Of a stretch of DNA of 64,000 nucleotides, positions 33,975 through 49,358 are shown in pieces. The first letter of the stretch is position 1; every line of letters begins with the position of its first letter. The DNA lies in NCBI GenBank assembly GCA_051942205.1, contig JAVECO010000003.1, forward strand, positions 248,001 through 312,000. Direction: 5' to 3'. The notes below the pieces were generated by a model, which did no database searches, had not been told where the DNA came from, and was given only the letters and a program-made list of their open reading frames with translations. Source of the stretch: Coniocarpon cinnabarinum (Eukaryota). The position numbers were made by a program, and so were the translations under genes.

Positions 33975-35155
33975 CTACTCCGGCGGTGCATGCTTAAACA
34001 GATAAGACACACTCTCGCCATTATGCGTTCGCCGACATGCCTCAGCAATCTCAACACAAGATCAGCCTAAACCCTGGAATATCATATGATCATGGAGACT
34101 TACCGTTGGACTGATGTCAATCGTCTCGATCCTGTCGCATCGCGCTTTCTTCTCCTCATGCGGCACCGTATTCGTGACCACCAGCTTCTTCAATCGACTG
34201 CCATTGAGTGCATCGATCGCCTTACCACTCAGAATCCCATGCGTCACGATGGCGATCGCTTCTCTTGCACCGTGATCTAACACAACGTCGCTCGCCTTGA
34301 CAAGCGTGCCGCACGTATCCGCCATATCATCCACGATGATCGCGACGCGATCTCGGACATCGCCCACCAGGACCATGCGACTGACCTCGTTGGGCCTTGC
34401 TCGCTCTTTATGTATAAGCGCAAACCCAAGGTCCAGTCCATCGGCAATGCTCGTTGCTCGTTTAGCACCGCCAGCGTCAGGACTGACAATGACACAGTCG
34501 CGCTTCCAGTCACTGTAGTGATCCTTGATCCACTTGAGCGTGCTCGGCTCCGCGTACAGATTATCCACAGGCACGTTAAAGAAGCCTTGAATCTGGCTGG
34601 CATGCAGATCCATGGTAATGACGTGATTGCAGCCTGCCGTTTGTAGCATATTGGCCATGAGCCTGGCTGTAATCGGTGCGCGGGACTTGTCCTTCTTGTC
34701 TTGGCGGGCATATGGGAAGTTGGGGATGACGGCGGTGATGCGGCGGGCGGAGGCGGTCTTGCAGGCGTTGATCATGATCAGAAGCTCCATGAGGCCGTCG
34801 TTGATGTCGCCGGGAGCTGTCGACTGGAGAATGAAGACTTGAGGGAGCGGTCAGAGGGATAGAGCTCAGTGTACTCATGAGTTAGAAACAAGTACCATCT
34901 TCATCGCGTACACTCTCGCCAATAGTAACACTGGTCTCCTGATTCGAATACTGAAGCACCATGACCTTGGCAAGCTCATTGCCGAGTCTACACTCGTTGC
35001 AAGCATGTTAGCGGTCTCACAATGCAGAAGGAGGACGTGAAGCGAAAGACAATGCAGCGAGTTCTAAGCAACGGAGGGGCATACCTGTCAGCCACCAGTT
35101 TGGCAAGCTGAGGGTGGCTGTTGCCCGTGAGCAACTTGATAGAGTTGGTCGCCAT
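33975..35155 (-). CDS. PRS3: Ribose-phosphate pyrophosphokinase (PRPP synthetase, PRS3-like)
   Basis: Exons 35155-35085, 34987-34896, 34837-34104 and 34049-33975 (323 aa). [71 protein letters not shown]. The specific PRS paralog is less certain than the family. Confidence 0.93.
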
Positions 35156-37484
35156 GGCGAAGAGGGAGTCGAAGAAGAAGCAATATGTGCATGGCGAACA
35201 AAATGATCAAGAAAGCAGAGCAGAAACAGTTAGAGAAATTCAGTGCATTGGAAATCAATCTGACGCAAATCCTTCCCTTCCCAAAATTTCTCGGCCCATT
35301 TAATCAGGCAAGAGTGCTGCGCCTTTGGGCAGGGTATTCGAAATCATCATCGACTCTTCAACAGCATGACCTCTTCTACATTTCCTCAATCTATCTTTTG
35401 TTGAGCCAACGCTCATCCAAGTGACTTTTCATGCCGCCTTCCACACCCCGAACTTGCTACATCTCAGTGATGCGGCTCGTAACCGAGGTCAGGACTTTGG
35501 TAAAGTGTCAGCGACTCCCCCTAACGCGGTGCAAGCCTTCAAAGTCCAAAATGTACTCACATGCATACTCCTGCGCCGTCTCCAGTCCTCATACCACACC
35601 CCTCAGTCACGAAATTGACCGTGAATTCACCATGGTCGGTCTGATCCACGGGAGCGCTGCCACACGTCTCGCAGCTGCTCTCGAGCAGCACTTCGAAATA
35701 CCCCATCCTGTGCGAGAGCGTCAACTTCATCCAGTGACAGCCGCGCTCAGTACAGATTTTGCTGAATGGTACTCACGCTTGGTAGAGGTACCCTGCGAAC
35801 TCGCCTTTCTTGCCGCCATTTTGCCAAAGAGCGCAGTACGTGTTCGACCCGTTTGGCTTGTAGCATGCGATTTGTGATTTCCTGTGGATGGAATGCGTCA
35901 GCAATGAAGGCTACGTTCGGAATGGTGGCCGTGCGTGGGTCCAGTCAACTCACCAATAGTACACGTCCAATTGTGTGTTGTTGTACATTCGTAATTGATA
36001 AGACTGCAACGTATTGTTCAACGCATGCTCTCTTGAGTTGCGATGGGCCATCATGCATTTAAAACTTACGACCGCATCTTTTAAATGACCGATGACATCG
36101 CTGCCAACGGGTGCTTTCTTGCATTTGCTGCTGCCCTGAAGTCGCTCGAGTCAGCACATGCGAAGACACAGCAGTTCACCCTCTTCTTGCACTAGAAGAA
36201 AAGATGTTGACAACGTACTTTGCAGTTCGGCTGTGCTTCCTTTTTCATCTCCTCAGGCACAGCAGCGGCTATGCCAAAGCCGGCGAGGAAAAGCGTTAAA
36301 AGCACAAAGAACAGCATCTTTGCTTCGAAAATTAATAGAAGATATGCGAGATTGTCGGAGATTCTCAGACAAGTGCGAAAAGTGCAGTGAATTGATGGAT
36401 GCAGAAGCGCTGACAGCAGAAGCAGAGCGATAATAAATAGGCACAGCACTTTAGAGTCGCGCGATTACACGTAAATTTTGTTGATTGTTGAGCTTAGCTC
36501 ATCTGTGTTATCTTTTCAACGTTTAAATACACATCATGATTGCTGTAGGGTCGGGCAGCCAGGAACGAAAGCTTATGTATATCAACGCTGGCATTTCTGC
36601 ACCCACTCTTGGCAGTTGAAGATTCGGAATACTCGCGTAATATCCTAACCAAGGCTAGACCGCCGGAAAGGTAGGTCATCCATGGCGCCATGGCTGTCAA
36701 CGCCCGCAAAAGCCAGCCTGCATTCCCGACATCATTTACTACGAGCCTGCAAGTGGAGAGCAAGCGCCCACTCAAGAACCTGCGCTTCGTTTTTTAGCAG
36801 AAAAGCCGCATGTCGATATCATGCGCAACAGCGGCGACAGAACACTGAAGTCAAGTCCGAGTCCTGTAGTGCAATCGACCAATGACATGATATTCACGAA
36901 GAAGGACTCGTGTTGAGCGTGGCCGTTGAAGTTGTCTAAACCGCGGTTGCGACCTCACCTCCGTGACCCTGATGAGATACCTATTGTTCTATTCTTCGAT
37001 TGCGTTTCAAAGTATACTTTTCAACATGATCGAGGTCTATCGTGCCAAACGTTGGACAGACTGCTGTGGTGAGCCCCAACGAACGCCAAGACCGATGTGT
37101 AGACGAAGGTCTTGTATGAGAAAGCGATGACACTCTTGAGGCACAACGCTGGGAAGTCGATGCAGTGCAATAGTCACGTAGAACGCTCAAACAATCAAGT
37201 ACAGAGCTGCATCGTATTTGCTATGGACGGAAGTATACACAAGCCCGATCGAGGCCACGACGAACTGAGCCTGCACTCTCAGTCGCCGTGCCCTCCGAAC
37301 CATGAAGTCAATCAATACAGTGTCAGTCCCCGCTCCAGCAATGCATGGTCATGATACTTTTTACAGCCGATATTGCGCCGTCTTTGTCACTGCCATGTCC
37401 CGTAGACGCCGTTGCATGCATTTTTGCCACCCGTTCCGTTCCCACCATTCCGGTTCAACTCCATGCCCCCTTTCTTTGCATGGC

Positions 37485-40400
37485 TCAGGCAAATCCGAAA
37501 TGTTCATTCCCCGTCGTCATAGCTGTGTACAAACTCCGTCGCAGCTGTTCATAGCTGTCATACTCCGGAAGATCCAGTTGGTTGAAGCAGGTGTGTGAGC
37601 TTGGCAGGCGATCGTGACTGCCATAGTCTTTATGGATGCTGAAGCGAGTGAAGCCGTTCATGCCCTCTAGCTCCTTGAAGCCGTTGAGGGGCACTTTACC
37701 AGCACCAGTGACGAATTGAAGTAGACGAGCGCGCTCTTCTTTATCGAATGAGCGCACCGCACGCCAGAACCACTGGATTTGTGATGATGATGCGTTGTAA
37801 TTCACGTAGTCAGTATTAGCTCGCCAGTCTTCAACGTCGACATCGGGCATGCCCGAGATCAGCAATTCCAGCTCTCCTTCGTCGAAGATGGAGATAAGTT
37901 CCGTGGGGACAATGTCGTAGAAACCTTGCAGGAAGTGTTCGAGCTGCTCATTAACCGAGCCAGTCAAGCGGTATTCGATGACTTTCCTTACATACTCTTC
38001 CTTGTTTTCCTCTGTGACTGGAATGTTACGACCATTGGGTATCAGGTCGACAACTTCCTCGTCACCAAATTTATCGACGGTTGTGGAAAACGTCTCGGTG
38101 ATGATATCTGTGATATCGTTGCTCAGCATCCACTCCATGTTCTTGCTATAGTCAAGGTCGACCGTCTCCATGTCTTTGATGGATACTGGCTCTCCAAGAA
38201 TCTTCTTGTATACTGCACGGCTGAAGTGGCAGTCCAAGACCCGGTTCTCATAGAGAGCCTTGCCGATGATGCGACCAATGAACTTGAAAAAGGACAGGTG
38301 TTCAGGGTTGACCCAGCTGAGTGTGTTTGGGTGAAAGGTAGTGCGATCAGAAGCAACTGGATTGAACAAGGCGTAGTCCGGATTGAACATCTGCCTCGCG
38401 AGTACTTGGAACCACTCCCGAGTGACTCCACCTGCATCAACACCTTCTTCGTTGTGGAATCTAACATTCAGCTTGCCGTATTTGACTTCCTGAGCATTTT
38501 TGTAATGCAAGTGCTTGTATGAGTCCAGGAAGACTTGGTCGCGGCGGACATGGATCTGGAGCGATGGGTGGGGGTAGTGCCGCATGTCGCCACTGCGATG
38601 ATGAAGACGTCGCGAGAAGTAACTGCGCTTATTGTCGAACTCCAAAATTCCGGGATTCTTGATCAATACGGAGAAGTTGTTGCTCATCAGCTTGGGGTTA
38701 TGACGGACGAGCTCGTTCAAGATCTTGCGGTGGTTGTTAGTAAACGAGAAGAAGATGGACTGCATGTCCTTGGACTCGGTTGCCTCGCCCGTCTGCCGTC
38801 TCGTCATTGTCACACCATCAGTGAGCTTGATGCGCTTGCAAACAAGCATCAGACTCTCGATCAAAGAGAGCAAGATGGTAGCAACGTCAAGGAAGAAGTG
38901 TGAATCCGATCGCTTGATGGCGTTGAGCACATCACTCAAACGATGCCATAAGGAGAGGAAAGAGGACTCTTCGTATAGGCGCATGAGACCGTCTGTGCCG
39001 TGCGCGGTCTTCGCTTCGTCCTCTTTCTGTTCTCCCTTCTTGTTCTTAGCATCAGAATGATAGAGATAATCCAGTGCTGTTAGAACTCGATGGAACTTGG
39101 TCTGATCGGACCCCGTCGGAGAAAGCTCTGCTAGTGCCAGGCTTTGAGCATCAACTTCGTTTTCGGCCTTCTTCATTGGCTCCACGAGTGAAGCTAGTCG
39201 CAACTGGATGGTTTGTGCAAGTGATCGAGCCTGTTCGACGAGCTCTTGCTTAAAGACATCGCGAGCACCCTCAACGACTGCAAGGCTGTTCATCGTGGCA
39301 ATTGCGTTTTGGAAGACCTTGCTATTGCACTCGCGTGACATGGTCAAATTCACAACAGGTTTGAGCAGCTCCGCTGGAACGTCAGGAGGGGACAAATTGC
39401 GCGCTTTCTTTGCAGCTTTTGACTCCTCGTTCAAACGGGAAGATTCACCTTCGCCGTTGGGCTGATCAGCACCAGGGCCTTCGTCCGTAACGACGTCCCC
39501 TGCCGATGCGGTTCCGGGCGCTTCTTGTGCTATGTTGGCAGAGAATGCCCCATCCTGTTGATGTGTCGTGTCCGACACAGCATGGTCTGCCAAGTCTGTT
39601 GGCTTCTCATCGCTGCTCTTCTCGAGTTTGTCTTTCTTGCCGATGTTATTAAGCGGTTGAGTGATCTGAGCTAGTAACCCTGACAGCTGTTCCAAGTTCA
39701 TGGAACTGTTCATGACCGCTTCCCGATCCAGCAGTCCGACAAGCACCATGAAAGGATAGCGATTGGCCCGATTGTCCTTGGCCTTGCCCTTGCGCGCAGA
39801 CTTACTCTTCGCAGTACCGACCACGTCGTGTTCGGTGATAAAAAAATGTGGAATATGGCCGATGGAAGAAGCGAGAAGATTTAAGGCCGACAGCGTGTGA
39901 TCTATGACGGCCCTAGGGGTTTCGCAATGTATGCCTGGACCCGATGTCGATTTTTTCGTGGGTGTCTTGGGAATCCCTTGTTGTTTCGCCTTCAGCGTCA
40001 ATTGACTATAACAGCGCTCAATGGCGTTCACATCAGCTGAGCCGTCTTGTAAGATCGAGAGTAAGCCGTTAATGACCTCGCTTCTGGTTTGCCGATTACC
40101 ACAGACGTTGAGAAGAACACTGTTCAAAGTAGTGAAAGACTGGACATTCACTGCAAGAAGCATGAGCCTCAAGAGGCCTGCAATCCCGGCCTTGTCCAGC
40201 ATTTGGACAATTGGGGTTCGTTGCCGCTTTTCACCTTCATGTCGAGATTGTGAGCCTAGGTCTCGAGCAACGCCGCCGGGGCCGAACGGATTCATAAGAC
40301 CCGCAGCACGACCCAGCAATGTCGGTGGAGGGACAGCACCGCGCCTGCGATGTCCTCCGAGAGCTCGCGCTTCGGCTTGAATCTCAGGCGGAAGAGCAGC

Positions 40401-43400
40401 CAGCATGTCTTCATCGGATTCCATCAGGACTTGCTGTCTCAGACTTGGGTCCAAGGAAGCGATTAGACTCGCGGGATCGATTTCTTCAGGCTGAGCAGGG
40501 GCACCGCTCTCACGGGCTTGACGACGAGCCTCTTCACGCTCACGACGACGTCGATCTGCAGCCTCTTGTTGCAGGATCTCATCGCGAATGTCTGCTGGTA
40601 GGGCGTCTAAGAATTCGCTGTCAATAGTGCTCGGCTCTTGTCCCTCTTGCGGCGCTGGCTGCGTCGATCGTTGCTCTGCAGCTTGCTGCATGATGACTTC
40701 TTCGCGCAACTCCTCAGGCAGGGCGTCGAGATATGCTGTATCTATACCCAGATGAGTGATGTTGACTTCACGACCGCGAATAGAAGTAACCACGGGCTCT
40801 GCTGGAGCAGCAGACTCAGCGCCTTCAGGAGGATGACTAGATTCTGCCGTCTGTGCTTCCGCCACTGCTGTTGACAAGTCTTGCTCGACTCCCTCCATGG
40901 CCTGAGTTGTGTCTCCTTCTGCTTCATCATTCTCCGAGAAGTTCTCTTCGGCGAGGCGAGCAGCTTCAGCCTCAGCAGCTTCACGTTCAGCAACCTCCCT
41001 TGCTTCCTGCTCTGCTCGCTCTTGATTCTGTCGGGCTTCTTGTTCCTCTCTAAGAGCTTTCTCTTTCGCACGCTTCTCTTCAGCCGCGTGTTCTTCACGC
41101 TCCAATCTTACTTTCAACTGCTTCTCGCGCTCCAATGCCGGTGGTGTGAGCACTTTCAGTATCGAATTCACCAGATTGCCGCTTTGAAGGACAAAGTCGG
41201 GACCATAAAGTATGCGAGCAGCATCTTCCCATCTTTGCTTTGTAGGAGCCGGCTCAAATGCGGTATTGGTAAAGGGATCCTCGCGATCGGCTGAGGAGGT
41301 GGGCCCGGGCCGGAAAGATCCACCCTCGAAAATGTGGCGCGATCCGTGTACTGGATGCCCTCTGCCGTCAGTGCCGCGCATGGAAATTGAGAACGCACCT
41401 CCTTGGTTGAAGGACTGAAGAATGTGTTCAAGCGCATGCCGGTCAAACCCCAGGACGTCTTCTGGCAGCTGACGCTCCAGCGAGGCAAACAGCGATGCCG
41501 CATGGTTCAATGCGCTATGCGGGCCTCCTCGAGGGCCACGCGAAAAGATTGACGGTGGCTGCACTTGTTCTCGCCGAGTGCGATTCAAGAGAGGATTGAT
41601 CCCTTGGGTGTCGTCAGGTGTTCTTGGGCCACCAGCTTGATGTGAACGGAAATCGGGCAAGGCCAACGAATCCATCTCTGTAAAGAGTGAATGCATGTGC
41701 CGAGGATGGTGCATTTGATGATGTCGTCGGGATCCTCCATAGTGCCAGAGCCGAGATGCTGGAAATTCGGCCTCTTCATCATCGTCAAGCTCATTGTGAC
41801 CAAAAGCCATCTCATCTTCATCATAATCATCCTCATCATCCTCGTTATCATGATCGTCCTCTTCCGAATCAGGTTCTTCGGCATCTTCATGAATGTCACC
41901 AACATGCAAGTGCTCGTCAAACGCTTCAAATGGGCCGTGCCCGTGCGAATGGTCAATCGGCATGTCACTCTCCTGCTCAGAGGGAGATTCAGCGCCACTT
42001 CGCAAGGTAGGCTCCATGACGTCTGGCAGATCGGGTTCAACAATTTCGATGGCTCCGTCATCTTCGTCTTGTGACTCGTCATCCTCGCCACCATCTTCGT
42101 CTGCCAGGCTCTCGTAGTCTTCCTCGTCATGAATGTCTTCCATGACCTCGACGTCGTCCCCATCGGTGTCTTCATCCTCACCGGAGGCAGAAGATTCGCT
42201 GTGATCCTCTGGGTCTTCGTGAGAGTCGGCGTCTTCTGGTTCTTCGTCAATGTCAATTTCGACCTCCATCGGAACATCGCCTGAGACACCCTCGACTTCG
42301 CCCATAGACGCAGGACCTTCTTCATCATCGTCGCTAACAACTTCTCCGTCGGGTCGGTCAGGGTCTGCTTCGTCAAACTCCATGTCGTCTGCATAGTCGT
42401 CACCGTACATGTCATCGTCGCCGTCTTCGCTTTCCGACTCCTCCGAGCTGGACTCGTTAGCTCTTCCAGGCTCAAACATTCCGAGGGTCGAATTGCGGAA
42501 CAAATTCGGTGTCTCCTCACGGCCCTCATCCATGTCCGAATGTGAAGACGCTGAGGATATCTCGTCTTCATCGCCTGGCTCAGCGGGTCCTGTGATTTTG
42601 CCCGTCTCGCTGAGATGAATAGTAGCGTGCGTTAGAGTCTTTAAAGTTTTCAATATGCACTTCAGAGCTTTGTGGGCATCAGGTGTGTGTTGATCAAGAT
42701 CGGACACAGATGTTGTTAGCATGGGAATGAAATGCTTGTCGAACATGATCTTTACTAAAGACTTTGAGATACCGCCCCGGTTCTCCCGAGAATGGTCATG
42801 ACGAAGAGGATCGCTAGCGGGCTGGCCAGTCAACATACGATTGAAGAGTTCCGCCAAGTTGTGCAGCCTAGCAAATTTGCCTTCTTTAGGAACATCGGCA
42901 GACGCTAAAGAGTCCTTGTAGGCCTTGCAAGCATGCTCTATCACGAATTTGCGAATGAATGCGAGGTCTGGATCTTCGTCCAGCTCGGTTGAATCCGGTG
43001 GCAGGACGCCAAGTTTCTCTTGGGAACGGGCACACAAGGCTGTCAACACATTCATAGCCCAATTACAAGTGGCAGCGCGTCTTCTCACAGATGGGTCCGC
43101 TGTGTTGAGTGTTGGCGCATCCGCAATGGTATTTTGCAAGAGATAATTAAGGATCCCGGAGCGTGGTTTGAGTGGGCCAGCCGTAATGGGCTCAGCCTTG
43201 CGAGAGAAAGCAAGAAAGTTGAGTTTGACGATGTCGTAGGATTGGAGAAGTTCAGTAAGGCACTGAAGAAGCATGCAGCGATACATGAAAATGGGATGGT
43301 CCTCGACTTTGAAGGCGGTCCAGTCTGGTGACGTGCCAGAAGCACTGCCGTTGTTGGTCTGATTTGGCTGAGACGAGACACTTGAATCTCCATTCGTCAT

Positions 43401-46400
43401 CTCGACGTCGCCTTGTTTGTCCACAGTCATGTTGTCGCTCGGTTTTGCAGGCGGTTCATTGCCTTGCACGTCCTTATAAGCAAGCAACTCGGACAACAAG
43501 AAAGAAGTCACACCGTCTGCCCGAGAAACGTGAGGCGCCTTCGAATCAGCCGTCGCAAGATCCTCGTTTGATCCGGCAGGCTCCGTTGTTGGGTGAGCAG
43601 TGGACGTCTCAAGGGCCGCATCGACTTCTGGCAGGTTGTGGCCAGACTCATCTTTAGCTTCAGCTACTGACTCATCTGGCCGCTCGATTGGAGGCAGGTC
43701 GCGCTTCATCACCAGAGAATGCTCTCCGGAGACGTCGGTGATTTGCACGCGAGGCGAGAGTGCCACTAACTCGTTTGTGGCCTCAACGAAGACCTCGGGT
43801 GAGCGCAGACTCAGATGGAAGAGTTGGCGGGTGTACGTGTTGATGGACGGCGCTTGGCGTGAGTTCTTGACGAAGTAGCTCTCGATCTCACGATGCATCG
43901 TTTTCTTCAAAGTAGCGGCGTCCTCAGTAATTTGTCGAAGAATGACAAGAAGTAACGACATCACCTTCGCTTCTTTGACTGTAGCGAGTTGTTTGACCAT
44001 AACAAACAAACGCTGCATATTCCGCTTCTCAGAGAGTCGCGTGGCTGTAGAGGGATCCTTTGTCAGCGCCATGAGTACTCGGAGACAAGACGTGCCTAGC
44101 ACTGTGTCTTTGCCGACTTTTGGCAGAAGATCCAAGACAATATTGAAAACTTCTTCACGGCTTTGTTTGGACACCGACTGAGTTTTGTAGACGACCACTG
44201 GCCCCGACTGTTCTTTCTCGGCATCTGCCGCAGTCCAGTCGAGCATCCGTGGATGTAGATCCTCGCATAAAATCTTCTCAATGATCAACAGAATGTTCGA
44301 CATCCATGTAAACGTCTGAGAGCCTTGTGCATCTTTTGGCACAGCTAGGAACTGAGCGAGTACGTCAACGTTCTCTGCAAGGTCCTCACGAGCACTCGCG
44401 AAGAACACGTTGTCTTGGAGGATGACCCCAAGCAAATGCGCGCTCGACGCTATCCGAGTCGACACCTCCTTCAGGTCGTCATGACCTTGATAAGAAATCA
44501 GTGAGTGAAGCAAGATTCTAGAAATATCTGTCTTGGCAGCTTTTTCATCTGGATTTTTCAATACGCTGGAAGTGATAAGATCGGCCAACTCAAAAGACAA
44601 AGAATCGAATGAGTAAAGGACATGAACACAACGATCGACAAGTTTCGCTCTGAGGCTGTCACGCATGTCGTCGAGGTCATCTATAGTCACCTGAGCGATC
44701 TCACCAGCCGACTGTTGGCTGTCGCTGGGAAGACCGGTAGCCACCGCCGTTGTTTGCCCAGATAAGTCCATATCGCCTGATGTAGAGGTGTTCCCTGGCT
44801 GGTCATGTTCATCCGAGGGCGTTTCAGCAATGGTCTGGTCCTCGGAGGATTCAAGTAATCGACTGACGAATTCCTGTGCTGCTGTACGTGCAGCATCCTC
44901 TTCTTCTTCCTGTTCAGTCTGCTCGGGTGGAGTTTCCTCGGCCCTTGATGCACCAGCCTCGCGCTGCTGCTCAGTATCGGATGTTGTTGTCGGCAGGTCT
45001 TCGAGAGGGATCGAGAATCGAGGCAAAGCGGAGCTATGACTGTGGAGATTGCAGTACTCCTGAGCAGGAGCTAGATGCCCCATGCATCGGTAAAGCGCTT
45101 CTTTTGCAAGGTCGGTAGCGAAACCTTTGTCAGTCAATGATTTGACAGTCTCTTCGCTACGCGGTCGCCACTTTTTCGCGGGAGAAGCGCTTCGAGAAGG
45201 CATTTTGTCAGAACGTCTGAACGCAGTAGCTTCGCCAGATCCTTCCAATGAAAATTGCATAACCGTGCAAACATGCTTCACGAGGTCCCGAGGAAGCTTA
45301 GCAATGCCATCAGACTCCCATATTGGTTGAATGAGAGTGAGGGCATGACAGCGCATCTCCACCAGGAATTGACCTTCGGAAAAGTAGTCATTTCGGTCAC
45401 GCTCACGATCAGCACGCGCGGTAAGTGCAGCCGTCTGATGCGATTCGTGCACAGAACGCACATTTGTCGCTCGAATGAAAAAGCCCAGCAGCGTACGTAA
45501 GCCTTGACAAGCCCAGACCGCACCTTGTGCCTTTCCATCCGGTTGAGTTTCGTCCGAAGTCTGACAATGGGAGAAGAACGTGTTTGCTATTTTTGCCAGT
45601 ACGTCCACGCCTCCAGCTTTCTTGAAATACCATACAACTATCGTCAGGAATTGCGATGTAGGCTCTGAACGCTTGTCTGAAATAGCGGCAAGAGTGGCAA
45701 CGAGCATGTTCCGACGGGCATAGTCAACCATTCTGGTAGAGAAGTTTGCAGGTATTGGCGACTCGAGCAGACCTACGAGAGCCGTTGCTATGCTTGCTGC
45801 AGTTGACAAGTATTTGGCACGTTGAAACGAGTCGGAAGGCAAGCGTCGTGTCATAGCAAGGCATTTGCCAATGGAATGCATAAAGTATGCGACGTCATAG
45901 GGAAGGTTCTTGAGTAGTGCTCCAATCTTCAAGTATAGCTGTTTCTGCTTCTCTGCTACTTTCGGGTCAACTTTGGCCAAGTTACTCCCTTCTACATCGG
46001 CAGCCGTGCCAGCGTTTGACGGGGAAGGGGCTTGATTTGTTGAAAGTGGAACATCGGCAGCACGTTGGCTTTCGCTTCTTTGAACCACATCCAAAGCGCT
46101 TCCTCCAGCTGCATTGCCATCTGCAAATTGAGCTGGGACTTGATTCTGCAAAAATGTATTCTCAAGGATGCACAATCGAGACACGGAAGCAAGCTGACCA
46201 ACGAGCGAGCTTAAAATGTCTGCGACGTTAATGGATGACATGGGATGCTGAGAATGACGACCGGCGGGCTCCAGCAGAGTGGGCACGAGAACCGACAGTA
46301 TATTGCGAAGCGACGACATCGCGTTCAAACACACCGTTTCCGAGCTGTCAGACATGTTCGAATTGTCTTCTCTCTTGAGATAGGATGTCAAAAAAGGTCT

Positions 46401-49358
46401 GCCGTCATTCTTTATGGCAAGCGATTCGCAAATCTCTGCAGCTAACTTGAGACGATCCAAGAGTAGAGGAATGGTGAGATGAGGTTTCTGCGTAATGAAG
46501 GTTTTCACGACTTCCACAAATCCGCTCTGAGTTACCGAAATTGGCGTATCGAGGTCGTAAACCGGTGCAGTGAGGACATCAATAAGTTTCTGTACTCCAC
46601 CTTGCTCAGCAAAGGGCGCGCAGAATGTGTGATTCATGAAAAAGCCGGAAAACATCTCTGAGACGACTCGCATGCGGTCCAAGTTGACTTGAGAGCTTCC
46701 CCACTTCACTTCATCCTCCGCTGCACCTGCGTTGACCTCGGCCATCTGGACGTCGTTTCCATTTGTTGAGCTGCTAACGAGCGGTGTGAGCATGAAGACA
46801 GAAAGGGCATCTTTATGTTTTGAAGGCTCAGCAAGGCCATTGCGGCGTTGATGTTCTGGATTGATGACATCCTGATGCAAAGCATCTAACATCTTCATGA
46901 AGTTCGAGATAATCTGTGGCTTTAGCTGTGGATGGTGTCGTGCCAGCTCATCGAACGCGTTTCCAAGGCCTTGGACATGCGTGCGGCGCGTGCGATGTTC
47001 AGTAACACTTTCAATTAAGGCCTTGCAGTAGGCAGGCTTAAAAAGCATTTGGAAGTACTTCTGCAGGGCCTCGGATTGGTTAAAGTCTCGCATGCCATTC
47101 TCGTTCAGACATATGGCGCTGAAAGCGAGGGGGATGCTACTGATAGCCTCGAGCGTGGCAGGCGGGGATTGCGTCTCGACTGTGCCTTTAGACGAAGGCG
47201 AATGCTCCGTGAGCCCATTTGGTATCGATTTCGAGCCTTCCAAACCAAGGACTGTACCCAAAAATGCTTTTGTCAAGCCTGCTTCAGCGACGGCGGCGTA
47301 ACTTGTTGGTTCGTTGTGGATAAAATTGCTAAAGATCTCAACTGCACCGCACCAGATATTGGAGCCGAAGAAGGAGGGATAATCGATCACATTCCGGAGG
47401 CTGCCGAGCAGCTGTGGTGATTCGATCAGGTTTCGCAGCTGACGATCGAACCCGCCACTGCTCACGCCAATCAAATTTCGAAGCAATTTGAAAATGCTGC
47501 GAATGACCCCCTGCTGGATAAAGCCGACCCGGTAATCCAGAGCATCAGATCGCCATTCTTGTGGCACACCCTCACCCTGAATCGCGGTCGTAAAGCCGTT
47601 GCGGATTTCGTGTTGCAAAAGCTCCGAGAGCACATCGGGACCACCGGCTTGCACAACAACGTTAAACGCGTCCCGAATGTTAAACAAGAATACGTCGATG
47701 GTGGTCAAGATTTGAGAAAACGACGTCTCGGCCTTTGCCGAACGCAAACGCAGAGCATCCACGAAGCTTTGAAGCACACCGGTCGAGAGCAATCCATCGG
47801 CAGCGCGTGGCGCAGATCTGGGCAAAGTATGGAGGATAGAGAAGAGTGCTCTAGACCAGTCGCGTTCTTCCTGTGTAGTATGTTCGCGGTCTTCGGACAA
47901 GTCGTTAACTGCCTTGCGAACGACGTAAGTCAATACACCATGGCTGACGTTCGCGCCAAGAGCTGCTATCACCTCAGCAGACTTTTTCTGATGATTCAGA
48001 TAGCCTTCTAAAACGGTCAAAGCCAGAGACTGCAATGGTCGCGGCACCTGTTGCGATTTGCCAGGAGGATGCAGCAATTCACAGAGCTGCGTGGAAAGTT
48101 TCGATCGTCTGGCCTCATCTCCCTCTGGTTGAAAAATCTTTTGATCGTGATGATGCTGCGATTCGGGGAATATGTTCAGGTAGTTCGCAACTGCAAGCAA
48201 ACGTGACTGCAAGATTGAGACCCTCTCAGAAGTGGAGCCACAGAGCGCCTTTGAGACACGCAGTCGGCATAAGAATTCGTACTTGCATTCTTGTGGGAAC
48301 TTGGGCATGTATTCTGCCACGACCTCATGCAACGGTTTCTGGAGCAACTCAGACGTAGACACTTCGATCAGTTCGAAATGAGCAGCACTGTTCTTCGGTT
48401 CGGATAAATCACCATTCACGCCATTGTCGCCAGACGTAGAGCGGCCATCCGCTCCGGTGCTAGGATTCGGACCGTCCCCTTCTTGGCGGTGGTCAACGCG
48501 GAGTGAGAAGTAAGGCTGTCCGTATGCTTCAAATCGCTTGTGCTCAGGCTCCTTGTCTTGAAGAAGCTCCAATATATCTGAGACATACGTAGGTGTAACG
48601 TGAAGGCCTTGATCAGTCTCTTTGATGTCAGACGCGCGTTTGGAGGGTGATGCGAGACCGTTTCTGAAGGGGAGCGACAGCTTATGTAGCTTGTCCAGAC
48701 CGATTTGATAATGCGCTGCTAACGTGTTCTGCGACAATGACGTCAAGAAAAGTCCTTCACGGCCAGATGTTTGCCGGATTCGATCATAGGAGTATTTCTG
48801 TGCCAGTCGCAGCGCGAGCCGGAGTGCAACATTCAAAAGAGATGTCGAGGTAGTATTAATGAGAGCATTCAGATGGTGGCTGCTGGCATAGAGTCGCCGA
48901 TTTGCGCAGTTCTCGAACAACAATCTCGAAAAATCAAGGATGTGCTCGACCACTTCTCTATCGCCTTCCGCGGTAAACCCTTCCTGATCGAGCGTTGCAC
49001 TCTCGATGGGTGGACCATTCTCAGGCGGCTCGAGAAGAAGCTTGCGACTAAACGCTTGACACTGCGGACCCTCGTGAAGGCCATAGGTATTTGCAAATTT
49101 TTCTAGTACGTCATCAAATCGATTGAGAGCTGAGGTCCAATTGAAAAGGTCGCCACGAGGAAATGGCCATTGGGCTGGAAAGCTACCCAAGTGGGAAGGG
49201 AGCTGGTGGAGAGGGAGGGTGGTACAAGCTTCGATAAAGCGTTTCAGCGCAGGAGACTACAATCGTCAGTGAGAAGCCGTTGTAAAAGCATCCACCTTTT
49301 TTAAGCATACCAGAGTAATGTCGCTATGTGGGGAAGGTTGTTTTCTGATCTTGCCCAT
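37485..49358 (-). CDS. TOM1: HECT E3 ubiquitin ligase TOM1/HUWE1 family (~3939 aa)
   Basis: Exon 1 49358-49311, intron 49310-49257. N-terminal WPFPRGDLFNW, long acidic tract, repeated ID..FLDALP..IR.E ubiquitin-binding motifs, and HECT domain (EEGVDAGGVTREWF; LPSSHTCFNQLDLP; FGFA*). Confidence 0.97.

Noticed and set aside
35300..37480. Short ORFs between the PRS gene and TOM1
   Set aside because: No recognisable family or consistent exon structure.
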